Below are positions 53,595 through 63,182 of a DNA stretch of 64,000 nt, one piece after another. The notes below the pieces were generated by a model that was given only the letters and a program-made list of their open reading frames with translations, was not told the DNA's origin and did no database searches. The translations under genes and the position numbers were made by a program. The stretch's first letter is position 1; every line of letters starts with the position of its first letter. The DNA comes from Deltaproteobacteria bacterium (GTDB taxonomy: Bacteria; Desulfobacterota; Binatia; UTPRO1): contig JACQEO010000070.1 in assembly GCA_016200545.1 (NCBI GenBank), positions 12,663 to 76,662 of the forward strand, written 5' to 3'.

Positions 53595-54812
53595 TCAGCG
53601 CGCGAGCGGGAGGTCGATCGTGAAGCAGGTGCCGTCGTCGGCGGTGCTGCGCACGGCGACGCGACCACCGAGACTCTCGCTGTAGCGCTTGACGAGGTGC
53701 AAGCCGCATCCCGTGCCGGCGCCGCGGGCGGTTCCGCCTCCCCCCGGACGAAAGAGCTCGAAGAGGTACGGGAGATCACGCGGATCGATGCCCGGTCCGC
53801 TGTCGGTCACCGTCAGACGGACGCCACCCTCCGCACACGCGGCGGCGATACGGACGCTGCCGCGTTCGGTGAAGCGCAGGGCGTTGTCGACGAGATTCTG
53901 AAGAATCTGGCGGATGCGAAAGCGGTCGCTGCGGATGGGCGGCAACTCGGGGTCGATCTGCCAGATGAGCTCGACGCCCTCCGCGGCGCCACGGCCGAGG
54001 GAGCCCTCGTTGAGCTCGTCGAAGAGCTCGGCGAGCGTGAACTCGTCACGGCGCAGCTCGTGTCCGAAGTCGAGGCGCGCCAGATCGAGGACGCCGCTCA
54101 GGATCGACTGGAGCTCGAGGGCGTAGCGCTCGATGCTGCCGAGTACCTTACGTTGCTCGGGTGAGCATGGACCGAACTCTTCTTCGCTGAGAAGCCGGGT
54201 GTAGCCGAGCACGACGTTCAGCGGCGAGCGCAGGTCGTGCGACATCGCCACCAGCACCTCCGATTTGGCTGTGCTCGCGTGCTCCAAGTGCTCGTGTTGC
54301 GCCGCGTGCCGCAGCGCGATCGCCGCCAGGGCGCCGGCGTAGCGCGCGAGCGCTACCTGTTCGGGCCCGATGAGATGATCGGGCGCGGCGACGACCTGCA
54401 ACAGAACCGGGACCTCGCCGCTTTGCAGCAGGACGGTCAACGTCAGGCGACCCTGGTACGAGCCGGTGACCGTCGGGCGCCGTTCAGCGATCGCGTCGCG
54501 GATCGCCTGCGCGTCGATCGGGGGAAACCCGGTTACTCCGTACGCTGCGACGATCTCGATGCGCTCGCCGTCGAGGAGCGCGAGCCGCACCGCCGTTGCC
54601 CGCAGCACGATGGCGACGTTCTGACAGATACGCGCGCCGAGGCTCGCCGGCGTGACGTCCCCGAGGAGCAGCGACTCCTGGAGTCGCAGTGCCTGCTCGA
54701 GCAGCCCCACGTCCGGGGTGGCGCCCGGATCGCCGAGGGCGATCACACGGTGGGCGTTGATCGTCACGATCGCGTTCGTCGCGGATGAGTTCAACCGCGA
54801 CTCATCTGCCAA
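53595..54812 (-). CDS. GAF-domain sensor histidine kinase
   Basis: N-terminal GAF-like region, H-box AMSHDLRSPLN, and a complete HATPase region (NLVDNALRF, DSGPGI, GTGCGLHLV). Confidence 0.88.
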   Translation of the reverse strand: MADESRLNSSATNAIVTINAHRVIALGDPGATPDVGLLEQALRLQESLLLGDVTPASLGARICQNVAIVLRATAVRLALLDGERIEIVAAYGVTGFPPIDAQAIRDAIAERRPTVTGSYQGRLTLTVLLQSGEVPVLLQVVAAPDHLIGPEQVALARYAGALAAIALRHAAQHEHLEHASTAKSEVLVAMSHDLRSPLNVVLGYTRLLSEEEFGPCSPEQRKVLGSIERYALELQSILSGVLDLARLDFGHELRRDEFTLAELFDELNEGSLGRGAAEGVELIWQIDPELPPIRSDRFRIRQILQNLVDNALRFTERGSVRIAAACAEGGVRLTVTDSGPGIDPRDLPYLFELFRPGGGGTARGAGTGCGLHLVKRYSESLGGRVAVRSTADDGTCFTIDLPLAR

Positions 54813-55090
54813 ACCTACAAGCGAGCTTCCACACCGTCAAGGTGTTCGCTTCCGCCTTCCCCTTCTCCGTCCCCGCGTCGCACTTCCCCACGCCGCGCTC
54901 CCGCTGCGGTCCTCCTCGACCCACGCTGTTCCCCCCGCCTTCCTTCGCATCTCACTCCGATTCATTTCGCGTCTGTCATTGCACCTCCGATCGTTCCACC
55001 ACGGGTCGTTCGTCGGCTGGCACTCGCGTGCCGCTGCGCTTCGCTGGCCCGCCTGTATCCGCTGTGGCAGGATACGGCGACCTCGCCCGC

Positions 55091-55468
55091 ATGGATACGA
55101 ACCGAATCACCGCTGTGCTGCGCCGTGGACTCCGTCTCCGTTGCCCACGGTGCGGGAGTGGAGCGCTTTTCCGCGGGGCATTCACCATGCACGACCACTG
55201 CCCGGCGTGCGAGCTCTTGTTCGAGCGCGAGCAGGGCTACTTCGTCGGTGCGATCTACGTGAACTACGCTGCCACCGTCGGCATCACGATCGTGGGATTC
55301 CTCCTGCTCGACCACTACACCGCGCTCTCGGTCACGACCCAGATCTCGCTCTGGAGCGTCTTCGGCGTCGCGTTTCCGCTGTTCTTCTTCCGGTACTCGA
55401 GGAGCCTGTGGCTGAGCGTCGAGTACCTCTTCAATCCCGAGGCGCCCGGGTTGCCGAGCGTGCGATGA
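55091..55468 (+). CDS. DUF983 family membrane protein
   Basis: In-frame ATG 55091. CPRCGSGALFRG..CPACELLFEREQGYFVGAIYVNY plus two TM segments. The upstream 102 codons of the track ORF are Pro-rich and rejected. Confidence 0.75.
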   Translation: MDTNRITAVLRRGLRLRCPRCGSGALFRGAFTMHDHCPACELLFEREQGYFVGAIYVNYAATVGITIVGFLLLDHYTALSVTTQISLWSVFGVAFPLFFFRYSRSLWLSVEYLFNPEAPGLPSVR

Positions 55469-56445
55469 TCGCGCCGACGCCGAGCGCAGAGGACGCCGCA
55501 CCCGCGGCGGTCGTCATTCGGGGTCTGTCGCATCGCTACGGCGACCGGCGGGCGCTGGTCAACGTCGAGCTCGACATCCGCCGCGGCGAGATCTTCGGAA
55601 TCCTCGGGCCGAACGGCGGCGGGAAGACGACGCTCTTCAAGGTGCTCGCGACGTTGACACCCGCCCAGGAAGGCCGCGTCGAGATCTTCGGCGAGGACGT
55701 GGCGCGCGCGCCGCTCGCCATCCGGCGGCGACTCGGGGTCGTCTTCCAGCATCCAGGACTCGATCCCAAGCTCACCGTCGAGGAAAATCTCCGCTGTCAC
55801 GCGGCGTTGTACGGCCTCGGCGGCGCTACCTTCCGCGTGCGCAGCGCGACGATGCTGGAGCGCCTTGGACTCGTGGAGCGTGCGCGCGATCTCGTCGAGA
55901 CCTTGTCCGGCGGCCTCGCCCGTCGCGTCGAGCTCGCGAAGGGCCTGCTGCACGGTCCCGAGCTCCTGCTGCTCGACGAGCCGAGCACCGGTCTCGATCC
56001 CGGGGCGCGCCGCGATTTCATCGAATATCTCGTGCACCTGCGTGCCACGGAGGGCGTGACGGTCGTGCTCACCACGCACGGGATGGAAGAGGCGGAGCGC
56101 TGCGACCGGGTCGGCTTCGTGCACCGCGGCGCGCTCGTTGCGGTCGGGACGCCGGACGCGCTCAAGGCGGAGATCGGCGGCGATGTCGTCGTCGTGCACG
56201 CCGGTGATCCGGAGCGCCTGCGGGCACGCATCCGCCAGCGCTTCGGGTGCGAGCCGCGGCTCGTCGATGGGGCGCTGCGCGTCGAGCTGCCGCGTGGTCA
56301 CGAGTTCGTGCGCGAGGTGGTCGACGCGTTTCCGGGCGAGATCCGCTCCGCCACGTTCGGTAAGCCGACGCTCGAGGACGTCTTCGTCCACCTCACCGGA
56401 CATCGCTTCTGGGCGCAGGAGCCGGGACGGGAGGAGTCAGCCTGA
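55465..56445 (+). CDS. ABC transporter ATP-binding protein (ABC-2/DrrA-type exporter)
   Basis: ATGA overlap with DUF983. Walker A GPNGGGKTT, signature LSGGLARRVELA, Walker B LLLLDEP. Confidence 0.9.
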   Translation: MIAPTPSAEDAAPAAVVIRGLSHRYGDRRALVNVELDIRRGEIFGILGPNGGGKTTLFKVLATLTPAQEGRVEIFGEDVARAPLAIRRRLGVVFQHPGLDPKLTVEENLRCHAALYGLGGATFRVRSATMLERLGLVERARDLVETLSGGLARRVELAKGLLHGPELLLLDEPSTGLDPGARRDFIEYLVHLRATEGVTVVLTTHGMEEAERCDRVGFVHRGALVAVGTPDALKAEIGGDVVVVHAGDPERLRARIRQRFGCEPRLVDGALRVELPRGHEFVREVVDAFPGEIRSATFGKPTLEDVFVHLTGHRFWAQEPGREESA

Positions 56446-56465
56446 CGCGCGCGGCCTTCACCTCG

Positions 56466-57224
56466 GTGCGTGCGCTCTGGTGGCGCGAGATCATCCGCTT
56501 CGTGCGGCAGCGGAGTAGGGTCATCGGCGCGTTTGCGCAGCCGCTCCTCTTCTGGATCCTCCTCGGCGGCGGATTCAGCGCCTCGTTTCGGCCGCCCGGG
56601 ACTCCCGGTGACGTCGGTGCCCTGCAGTACTTCTACCCGGGCATCATCGCACTCGTGCTGCTGTTCACCGCCATTTTCGCGACCATCGCCGTGGTCGAGG
56701 ATCGGAAGTCGGGGTTTCTCCAAGGCGTACTCGTCGCCCCGATCCCGCGCGGCAGCATCGTGCTTGGGCAGGCGCTCGGCGGGACGACGCTCGCCGTCCT
56801 CCAGGGCGTGCTCTTCCTCGCGCTCGCGCCGCTCGCCGGCATATCGCTCTCGCTCCTGTCGATCGTCGCCGTGACGCTCGTCCTCGTCGGCGTGTCGTTC
56901 GCCCTCACGAACCTCGGCCTGGTGATTGCGTGGCGCATGGAGTCGACGCAGGGCTTCCACGCGATCATGAACCTGATCCTGATGCCGATCTGGCTCCTGT
57001 CGGGCGCGTTTTTTCCTGCGGCCGGTGCACCCGGATGGCTCGGGTGGGTCATGCGTCTCAACCCGCTCACCTACGGCATGGCCGCGCTTCGGCGCGCCCT
57101 CTACCTCTCCGTGCCCGCCGCGAGTGGTGCCGTTCCTCCCTTCGCGCTCTCGATCTTCGTAACGGCGGTCTTCTCCCTGGTGGCGTTTGCCGGCGCCACC
57201 ACCGTGGCACGCCGCGCACGCTAG
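56466..57224 (+). CDS. ABC-2 type transporter permease
   Basis: 252 aa with 6 TM segments. N-terminal ALWWREIIRFVRQRSR is typical of ABC-2 permeases. Confidence 0.85.
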   Translation: MRALWWREIIRFVRQRSRVIGAFAQPLLFWILLGGGFSASFRPPGTPGDVGALQYFYPGIIALVLLFTAIFATIAVVEDRKSGFLQGVLVAPIPRGSIVLGQALGGTTLAVLQGVLFLALAPLAGISLSLLSIVAVTLVLVGVSFALTNLGLVIAWRMESTQGFHAIMNLILMPIWLLSGAFFPAAGAPGWLGWVMRLNPLTYGMAALRRALYLSVPAASGAVPPFALSIFVTAVFSLVAFAGATTVARRAR

Positions 57225-57580
57225 GGGCGTGATCCCAGGCCCGCCGTCCCGCACGGGAGGCGCGATCCGTCGGCGGAGCGGTCCTGCATGAGCGACGGTG
57301 CAATTGCAGCGCCCTGGCTCATTTCTGAACACTCTTGTCGAGCGTTCGCTGTCACGCTTTTGTCTCGAATCGTCATCGCTCGCGAGCTCGGGAGTCATCC
57401 GCGGGGCGGGTGATCTGATCTCCAAGGCCAGCGACGTTTTCCGCCCGCCCGAGAACGGGTCAACGCCTGCACAATACTTGGGCAACCGGGCATCCGCAGA
57501 CGGCTGGTAGCGCCGTGTCGGGCCCGAACCCGGGTTCGAGTTGGGTACGCCGCTTGCTCGGGCTGCGGTCGTACCCGGTC

Positions 57581-59011
57581 ATGACAGACACGCGACCAAT
57601 CGATCCCCACCAAAAGGCACTCGCGATCAACCTCGATCGCCGCCGCTACGGAACCTTCGCCGAGATCGGCGCCGGGCAGGAGGTGGTGCGCTGGTTCTTC
57701 CGCGCCGGTGGCGCCGCGGGGACGATCGCCAAGAGCATCTCCGCCTACGACATGACCGTGAGCGACGCCATCTACGGAAGGGGCGAGCGCTACGTCTGCC
57801 GGCAGCGCCTCGAGCGCATGCTCGAATACGAGCACGGCCTGAACCTCGAGCGGCTCCGAGAACGGCGCGGCAACACCACGGCGTTCTTCGTGTTCGCCGA
57901 TACCGTCAAGGCGGCAAGCTATGGCGGCTCGAGCGAATGCCACGGCTGGATGGGTGTCCGCTTCCAGTCGCATCCGCGCGATGACGACAGTCAGATCATC
58001 ATTCACGTCAACATGCTCGACCGGGAGAAGGAGGCCCAGCAAGAGGCGCTCGGTATCGTCGGGGTGAACTTGATCTACGGGGCGTCCTTCCTCTTTCACG
58101 AGCCCGAGCAACTCGTCGAATCGCTCCTCGACAGCTTGACGACCGCTCGCATCGAGATCGACATGATCGAATTCTCGGGCATCGAGTTCCGCCACGTCGA
58201 CAACCGCCTGATGAGCTTGAAGCTCGTCCAGCTCGGGCTTACCGGCGCGGCGATGTTCGCGGCCGACGGCGCCGTCCTTCAGCCCTCGGAAGTGCTCTAC
58301 AAGAAGGCCGTGCTGGTCGAGCGCGGGAGCTTCCGGCCGGTGACCCACGTGAACGTCGACATGCTCGAGAGCGCGCGCGAGAAGTTTTCGCGGGAGCCCG
58401 GCGTCGATGGGGGCCCGGTGGTTGCGCTGATGGAGATCACCATGCGCAACCTGATCACGACGATGGGCTCCGGGACGGTCGACGTGCACGACTTCCTCGC
58501 CCGCGCCGACGTCCTCGCGGCCTGCGGCATGACCGTGCTGATCTCCGACTACTTCGAGTACTATCGGCTCGCGGCCTATCTCGCGCGTCACACCAAGGGG
58601 AAGATCGGCGTCGTCATGGGTGCCGCCAGCCTGGCCGAGCTGTTCGATGAGCAGTTCTACGCCGCTCTCGCCGGCGGAATTCTCGAGTCGTTTGGTCGCC
58701 TCTTCAAGAACGACTTGAAGCTCTTCATCTATCCGTTCCTCGACCAAGCAACCGGTGCGCTGACGACGGTGCAGAACCTCGCGATCGCGCCAGGCCTGCG
58801 CAAGCTCTATGACTACCTCGTCGATCGTGGCTGTATCGAGCAGCTCGAGAGTTACCATCCGGAGTATCTGACGATCTTCTCTCGTGAGGTACTGCGGCGG
58901 ATCAAGGCGTGCGATCCGTCGTGGGAAGCGATGGTTCCCGGCGGCGTCGCCGAGGTCATCAAGCACAGCGCCTTCTTCGACTACCGGCCGCCGGTCGCCG
59001 CGTCGGCATAG
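57581..59011 (+). CDS. Conserved hypothetical soluble protein (family not recognised)
   Basis: Long ORF with non-biased composition (IDPHQKALAINLDRRRYGTFAEIGAGQEVVRWFFRAGGAAGTIAKSISAYDM...). Start is uncertain: ATG 57581 or track start 57515. Confidence 0.6.
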   Translation: MTDTRPIDPHQKALAINLDRRRYGTFAEIGAGQEVVRWFFRAGGAAGTIAKSISAYDMTVSDAIYGRGERYVCRQRLERMLEYEHGLNLERLRERRGNTTAFFVFADTVKAASYGGSSECHGWMGVRFQSHPRDDDSQIIIHVNMLDREKEAQQEALGIVGVNLIYGASFLFHEPEQLVESLLDSLTTARIEIDMIEFSGIEFRHVDNRLMSLKLVQLGLTGAAMFAADGAVLQPSEVLYKKAVLVERGSFRPVTHVNVDMLESAREKFSREPGVDGGPVVALMEITMRNLITTMGSGTVDVHDFLARADVLAACGMTVLISDYFEYYRLAAYLARHTKGKIGVVMGAASLAELFDEQFYAALAGGILESFGRLFKNDLKLFIYPFLDQATGALTTVQNLAIAPGLRKLYDYLVDRGCIEQLESYHPEYLTIFSREVLRRIKACDPSWEAMVPGGVAEVIKHSAFFDYRPPVAASA

Positions 59012-59094
59012 GCGGGCTCCAAGCTCAGGTCGCGAACGCGAACCAGCGCCGATCGATCAATCGTCATGCCGTCGTCGCACCGTGATCGCGAGGC

Positions 59095-60087
59095 TCAGAA
59101 CTGCGGTGCCCGACGGCCGAGCGTCCATCGCGCCGCACCCCAGCCGACGGCGACCGCGCTGAGCACGAGAGCGGCTGCACACGCGACGAGCCGCGGGGCG
59201 CTCAGGTCGAGATATCTGCGGTGCTGGACGAGTCGGCGGATGTCGAGCAGCGCCTTGGCTGGGGCGAGCGCCAGCGGCGCGAGCGGACCGATGCGTTGGA
59301 AGAACCACGCGTGTGGCACCGAGGCGGGAGCGTCGCGGCGTAGCTCGAGGAAGCAATAGCCCCAGTACACGCTGCGCGTCAGAAAATACCGCAGCGTCGC
59401 GGGATCGAAACGGTGGCGGCAGCTCGCTCCCGGTAGGAGGAGCACGTAGCGACCTTGCTGCGTCAGGCGCGCGACTTTCCGCACCTCGGCGCCGTGGAAG
59501 TACGAGATCGTCGCGAAGGGCTCGTCAAGGAGGTCGGTACGACGCATCGCGCAGTTGCAGACGGCGAGGCCCGGAATGCGGCGTTCGCTGCCGCCCTGCT
59601 GATGGCTGAAGTTTCGAATGCGGAAGGCCGTCGCGAGCACCCCGCGCTCCATCGTCAACGGTCCCTGTACCGCCGCCATCGATTCACCGTTGCGTGCGAA
59701 GGCGTCGAGCACCGACGACGCCCAGTGCGGTCCCGGCGTGACGTCGGAGTCGACGAAGCCGACGATGTCGGCGCGGGCGTGCTGCGCGCCGACGTTCTTC
59801 TGCGGAAAATAGGCCGATCCGTGCACCTCGATGACCCGGACATGCGGTGCCGCCGCCGCGACGTCCGCGGCCAGCGTCGGGTGCACGTCGGGATTGACGA
59901 TGACGAGGATCTCGAAGGCGTCGCGGGGGAGCGACTGTGCCGTCAGCGCCTCGAGCGTGGCGAACACGTCGCGGTACGCGCCGGGGCGCGTGTTTGCGGT
60001 CTCGACGACGAGCGAGATGGCCGGTGCCGGACCCGGCGTCTGCGTTGGCATCGGTGTCACGTCTGGTGCGGCTTTTTGTTGCGCCAC
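59095..60087 (-). CDS. Glycosyltransferase family 2-like protein with C-terminal TM segment
   Basis: ISLVVETAN..ILVIVNPD..GFVDSDVTP (DXD). Hydrophobic C-terminus LVACAAALVLSAVAVGW. Confidence 0.7.
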   Translation of the reverse strand: MAQQKAAPDVTPMPTQTPGPAPAISLVVETANTRPGAYRDVFATLEALTAQSLPRDAFEILVIVNPDVHPTLAADVAAAAPHVRVIEVHGSAYFPQKNVGAQHARADIVGFVDSDVTPGPHWASSVLDAFARNGESMAAVQGPLTMERGVLATAFRIRNFSHQQGGSERRIPGLAVCNCAMRRTDLLDEPFATISYFHGAEVRKVARLTQQGRYVLLLPGASCRHRFDPATLRYFLTRSVYWGYCFLELRRDAPASVPHAWFFQRIGPLAPLALAPAKALLDIRRLVQHRRYLDLSAPRLVACAAALVLSAVAVGWGAARWTLGRRAPQF

Positions 60088-60160
60088 GAGCCCGAGTATG
60101 GTCCGCGTCGCACGGCTACAAGGATGTCGGACGTCTCGATGCCAATATAGAGGATCGTCT

Positions 60161-61387
60161 GTGGCTTCAAATCCGCGGCTCAGGGTCCTGATGGCGTGCC
60201 AGCGCTTCTTCCCCTACACCGCCGGGGCGGAGCTGCAAGCACTGGGGCTCGCCCGTGCGCTGACGGTGCTTGGCGCCGACGTGCAGGTCGTGACGACCCG
60301 GTTCACGAACCAGCTGGCCGCGCGCGAGACGCTCGAGGGCATTCCCGTACGCCGACTTTCGACCGTTCGGCTCCCCACCGGGAGTACCACGGCCGCGGGT
60401 GCCGTCGCCGCCGCGCTCGCGCAGGCGTCGTGCCTCGGCGCGATGATGCTGTACATCGCCCGCCGTGCCCGCCCGTTCGACGTCGTCCATGCCCACTGCC
60501 TCTCGTCGACGGCGCTGGGCGCCGCCGTCGGGGCGCATCTTGCCGGCGTGCCGGTGATCGTCAAGCCGAGCCTCGGGGGCGTGGAAGGCGAGCTGCAGAG
60601 AATGGTGACGAGCCGCGCCGCCCGGCAGCTGCTCGCGCTCGTCCGTCGCATCGACCGGTTCGCGGTGACGAACGCCGCGATTGCCGATGAGCTCTATGCC
60701 GTCGGCGTTGCTCCCGAGAAGCTCGCGCGCGTGCAAAACGGCGTCGATCTCGAGCGCTTCCGGCCGCTCGCGGCGGCCGCGCGCGCGCACGAGCGCGGGC
60801 GGCTCGGACTCCCCGGTGGTCCGCTCGCGATCTTCGTCGGGCAGCTCGTGCCGCGTAAGGGCGTCGTCCCGCTCCTCGAGGCGTGGCGCGGCGTGCGCAG
60901 CGGACTCCCCGGCGCGACACTCGTCTTCGTCGGGCATGGTGAGCTGAGCGCGCGTGTCGAGCGCGAGGCCGCGACCTCCGACTCGGGCGTCATCGCGCTC
61001 GGGCTCCGCCGCGACGTGGCGGGTCTCATGCGTGTCGCCGACCTGCTCGTCCTGCCCTCGCGCAACGAGAGCTTCGGAAATGTCATCGCGGAGGCCCTCG
61101 CGTCCGGCATCCCCGTCGTGTGCGGGCGGACCGGTCTGGCGGAAATGGTGGCGCTCGACGGCCTCGCGGGTCGCTTCGTCGACCCACACGATCCACGCAG
61201 CATCGGGCGCGCCCTCGTCGAGATCCTCGGCTCGCCGGATCGCGGCGCCGCGCTCGGGGCGCGTGGGCCCGCACTCGTGCAGCGCTTCGACTTCCATGCC
61301 ATTGCCCGGGAGTACCTCGGAATCTACGACCTGATGTGCAACGCCGCTCGCGTGGGGTCTGGCGCGGTGTCAGTCGCCGGTGGGTGA
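60161..61387 (+). CDS. Glycosyltransferase family 4
   Basis: GTG 60161 after GAGGA. LRVLMACQRFFPYTAGAELQ start. SRNESFGNVIAEALASGIPVVCG. Confidence 0.8.
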   Translation: MASNPRLRVLMACQRFFPYTAGAELQALGLARALTVLGADVQVVTTRFTNQLAARETLEGIPVRRLSTVRLPTGSTTAAGAVAAALAQASCLGAMMLYIARRARPFDVVHAHCLSSTALGAAVGAHLAGVPVIVKPSLGGVEGELQRMVTSRAARQLLALVRRIDRFAVTNAAIADELYAVGVAPEKLARVQNGVDLERFRPLAAAARAHERGRLGLPGGPLAIFVGQLVPRKGVVPLLEAWRGVRSGLPGATLVFVGHGELSARVEREAATSDSGVIALGLRRDVAGLMRVADLLVLPSRNESFGNVIAEALASGIPVVCGRTGLAEMVALDGLAGRFVDPHDPRSIGRALVEILGSPDRGAALGARGPALVQRFDFHAIAREYLGIYDLMCNAARVGSGAVSVAGG

Positions 61388-61785
61388 GATCCGAGACTCG
61401 ACGACCAGCGGAAGCGGATTCAGCGCGCGAGTTGCCGCGGGCGCGGCGCACCGAGGAGTAGCGAGCGACGCGGTGAGAATGCGGAGGGCGATCGGCAGCT
61501 TGCCCTTCGGACGCGCGGCGAACGCGCGCAGCTGCGGCGTGTCGCCCATCTCGACGAGCGGCAACGATCGAACCCGCGAATGACGATGCGGGGCTCGCAA
61601 TGCGGTTTCGTTCGTGCGATGATGCGCAAACGAGATACCTGATTCTGTCACGAAGCTCTCATCGCTCGACGCGACGGTCCGCCGCGTCTCGGGGCGCGTA
61701 AGCCCGCCACCGATCCCCATCTACCTCGCGGAGTGCCTCCCCCCGGCGTACGGCACTCCCCTTTACCCGAAAGGACTCTTTCTCC

Positions 61786-63126
61786 GTGAACGCTGCAGCA
61801 CCCATGGACAAGGATTCTACACTCGACGACTCCGCAGCACCGTCGTTCGAACAATTTCAGCTCTCCCCGGCGATGCGCGCGGCACTGCGCGCCGCCGACT
61901 ACCGTGTGCCGACGCCGATTCAGTTGGCGACCATCGCGCCCACGCTCGCCGGCCGTGACGTCATCGGCGCCGCGCAGACCGGCACCGGCAAGACGGCGGC
62001 GTTCGTGGTGCCGATCGTCGAGCGCCTGCGCGGCGGTCAGTGCGGCACCGGTCACGCAAGCGCCGTGATCCTCGCGCCGACGCGCGAGCTCGCCGAGCAA
62101 ATCTACGGCTGGACGCAGCGCCTCGGCTGCGGCCTGCGCACCGCGCTCGTCGTCGGCGGCGTCGCCTACGGCCCGCAGATGAGCGCGCTCCGCGGCCGGC
62201 CGTCGATCATCGTCGCCACGCCGGGGCGTTTGCTCGATCACCTCGATCGGCGCACGCTCACCTTGCAGGACGTCCGCATCTTCGTCCTCGACGAGGCCGA
62301 TCGCATGCTCGACATGGGATTCACGCCGCAGCTCGATCGCATCATGGGAGGGTTGCCGGCGCGGCGCCAGACGCTCCTCTTCTCGGCGACGATGCCGCCG
62401 CATCTCGGCGCGCTCGCGCGCATGCATTTGCACGATCCCGTCCGTGCCGCCGTCGGCCGGCAGGCACTGCCGCCTTCGCGCGCCACGCAGGACGTCTACC
62501 TCGTCGACTCCGGCAACAAGACGCCGCTCCTGCTCTCGATGATCGCTGCAAACGTCGGCAACGTCCTGGTGTTCGCGCGTACCAAGCACCGCACGGACCG
62601 CGTGACGCGCTCGCTGTGCGACGCCGGTCATGCCGCGCAGCGCCTGCATTCGAACCGGTCGCAGTCGCAGAGGCGCGAGGCGCTCGAAGGCTTCCGCCGC
62701 GGGCGCTACCGCATCCTGGTCGCGACCGACATCGCCGCGCGCGGCATCGACGTCGCCGGCATCGGCCGCGTCATCAACTACGACCTGCCGCAGACGGCGG
62801 AGGACTATGTCCACCGCGTCGGCCGGACGGCGCGCGCCGAGTCCGACGGACATGCGTCGAGCTTCGCGGCGCCCGAAGAGCGCGCGCAGCTGCACGCGAT
62901 CGAGCGCCACATCGGCTGCGCGTTGCCGCGACAGACGCATGCGGCGCACGGCGGCACGCCGCGCGCGTCGGGCCCGGGAGCGCGTCACTCGGCCGCGGCG
63001 CCGCGCGCCGGGGCCGCGATAGCGGTGGCGGGGGGGCGATACACGCCGCGGAATCATCCGGGCGCGCGCCGGCCGCGTCCGTTCGGGGGTCACGCAGGGC
63101 GCTCGCGCCGGGAGCGTCACGGCTGA
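61786..63126 (+). CDS. rhlE: DEAD-box ATP-dependent RNA helicase (RhlE-like) with Arg-rich C-terminal tail
   Basis: Q-motif region, AQTGTGKTAAF, VLDEADRML, SAT, HRVGRTARA. Confidence 0.92.
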   Translation: MNAAAPMDKDSTLDDSAAPSFEQFQLSPAMRAALRAADYRVPTPIQLATIAPTLAGRDVIGAAQTGTGKTAAFVVPIVERLRGGQCGTGHASAVILAPTRELAEQIYGWTQRLGCGLRTALVVGGVAYGPQMSALRGRPSIIVATPGRLLDHLDRRTLTLQDVRIFVLDEADRMLDMGFTPQLDRIMGGLPARRQTLLFSATMPPHLGALARMHLHDPVRAAVGRQALPPSRATQDVYLVDSGNKTPLLLSMIAANVGNVLVFARTKHRTDRVTRSLCDAGHAAQRLHSNRSQSQRREALEGFRRGRYRILVATDIAARGIDVAGIGRVINYDLPQTAEDYVHRVGRTARAESDGHASSFAAPEERAQLHAIERHIGCALPRQTHAAHGGTPRASGPGARHSAAAPRAGAAIAVAGGRYTPRNHPGARRPRPFGGHAGRSRRERHG

Positions 63127-63182
63127 GGAGAAGAGGGCGCGCGATCGCCGTTTGCGGGCGGCGTCGCGCTGCGGGTGAGGGC

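Noticed and set aside
54785-55090. N-terminal 102-codon extension of the DUF983 ORF
   Set aside because: The Pro/Ser-rich translation comes from the C/T tract. DUF983 homology starts at the Met at 55091.
57526-57537. tRNA T-arm-like GGTTCGAG inside the 12-bp palindrome GAACCCGGGTTC
   Set aside because: No acceptor, D or anticodon arms can be folded around it, and the flanking stem halves do not pair. It is not a tRNA.
61388-61785. Small ORFs (61370..61720(-), 61380..61583(+), 61420..61629(-)) in the 400-nt gap before the DEAD-box helicase
   Set aside because: They overlap each other, have Arg-rich composition and show no SD or motif. The region is more likely a long 5' UTR or promoter for the helicase.
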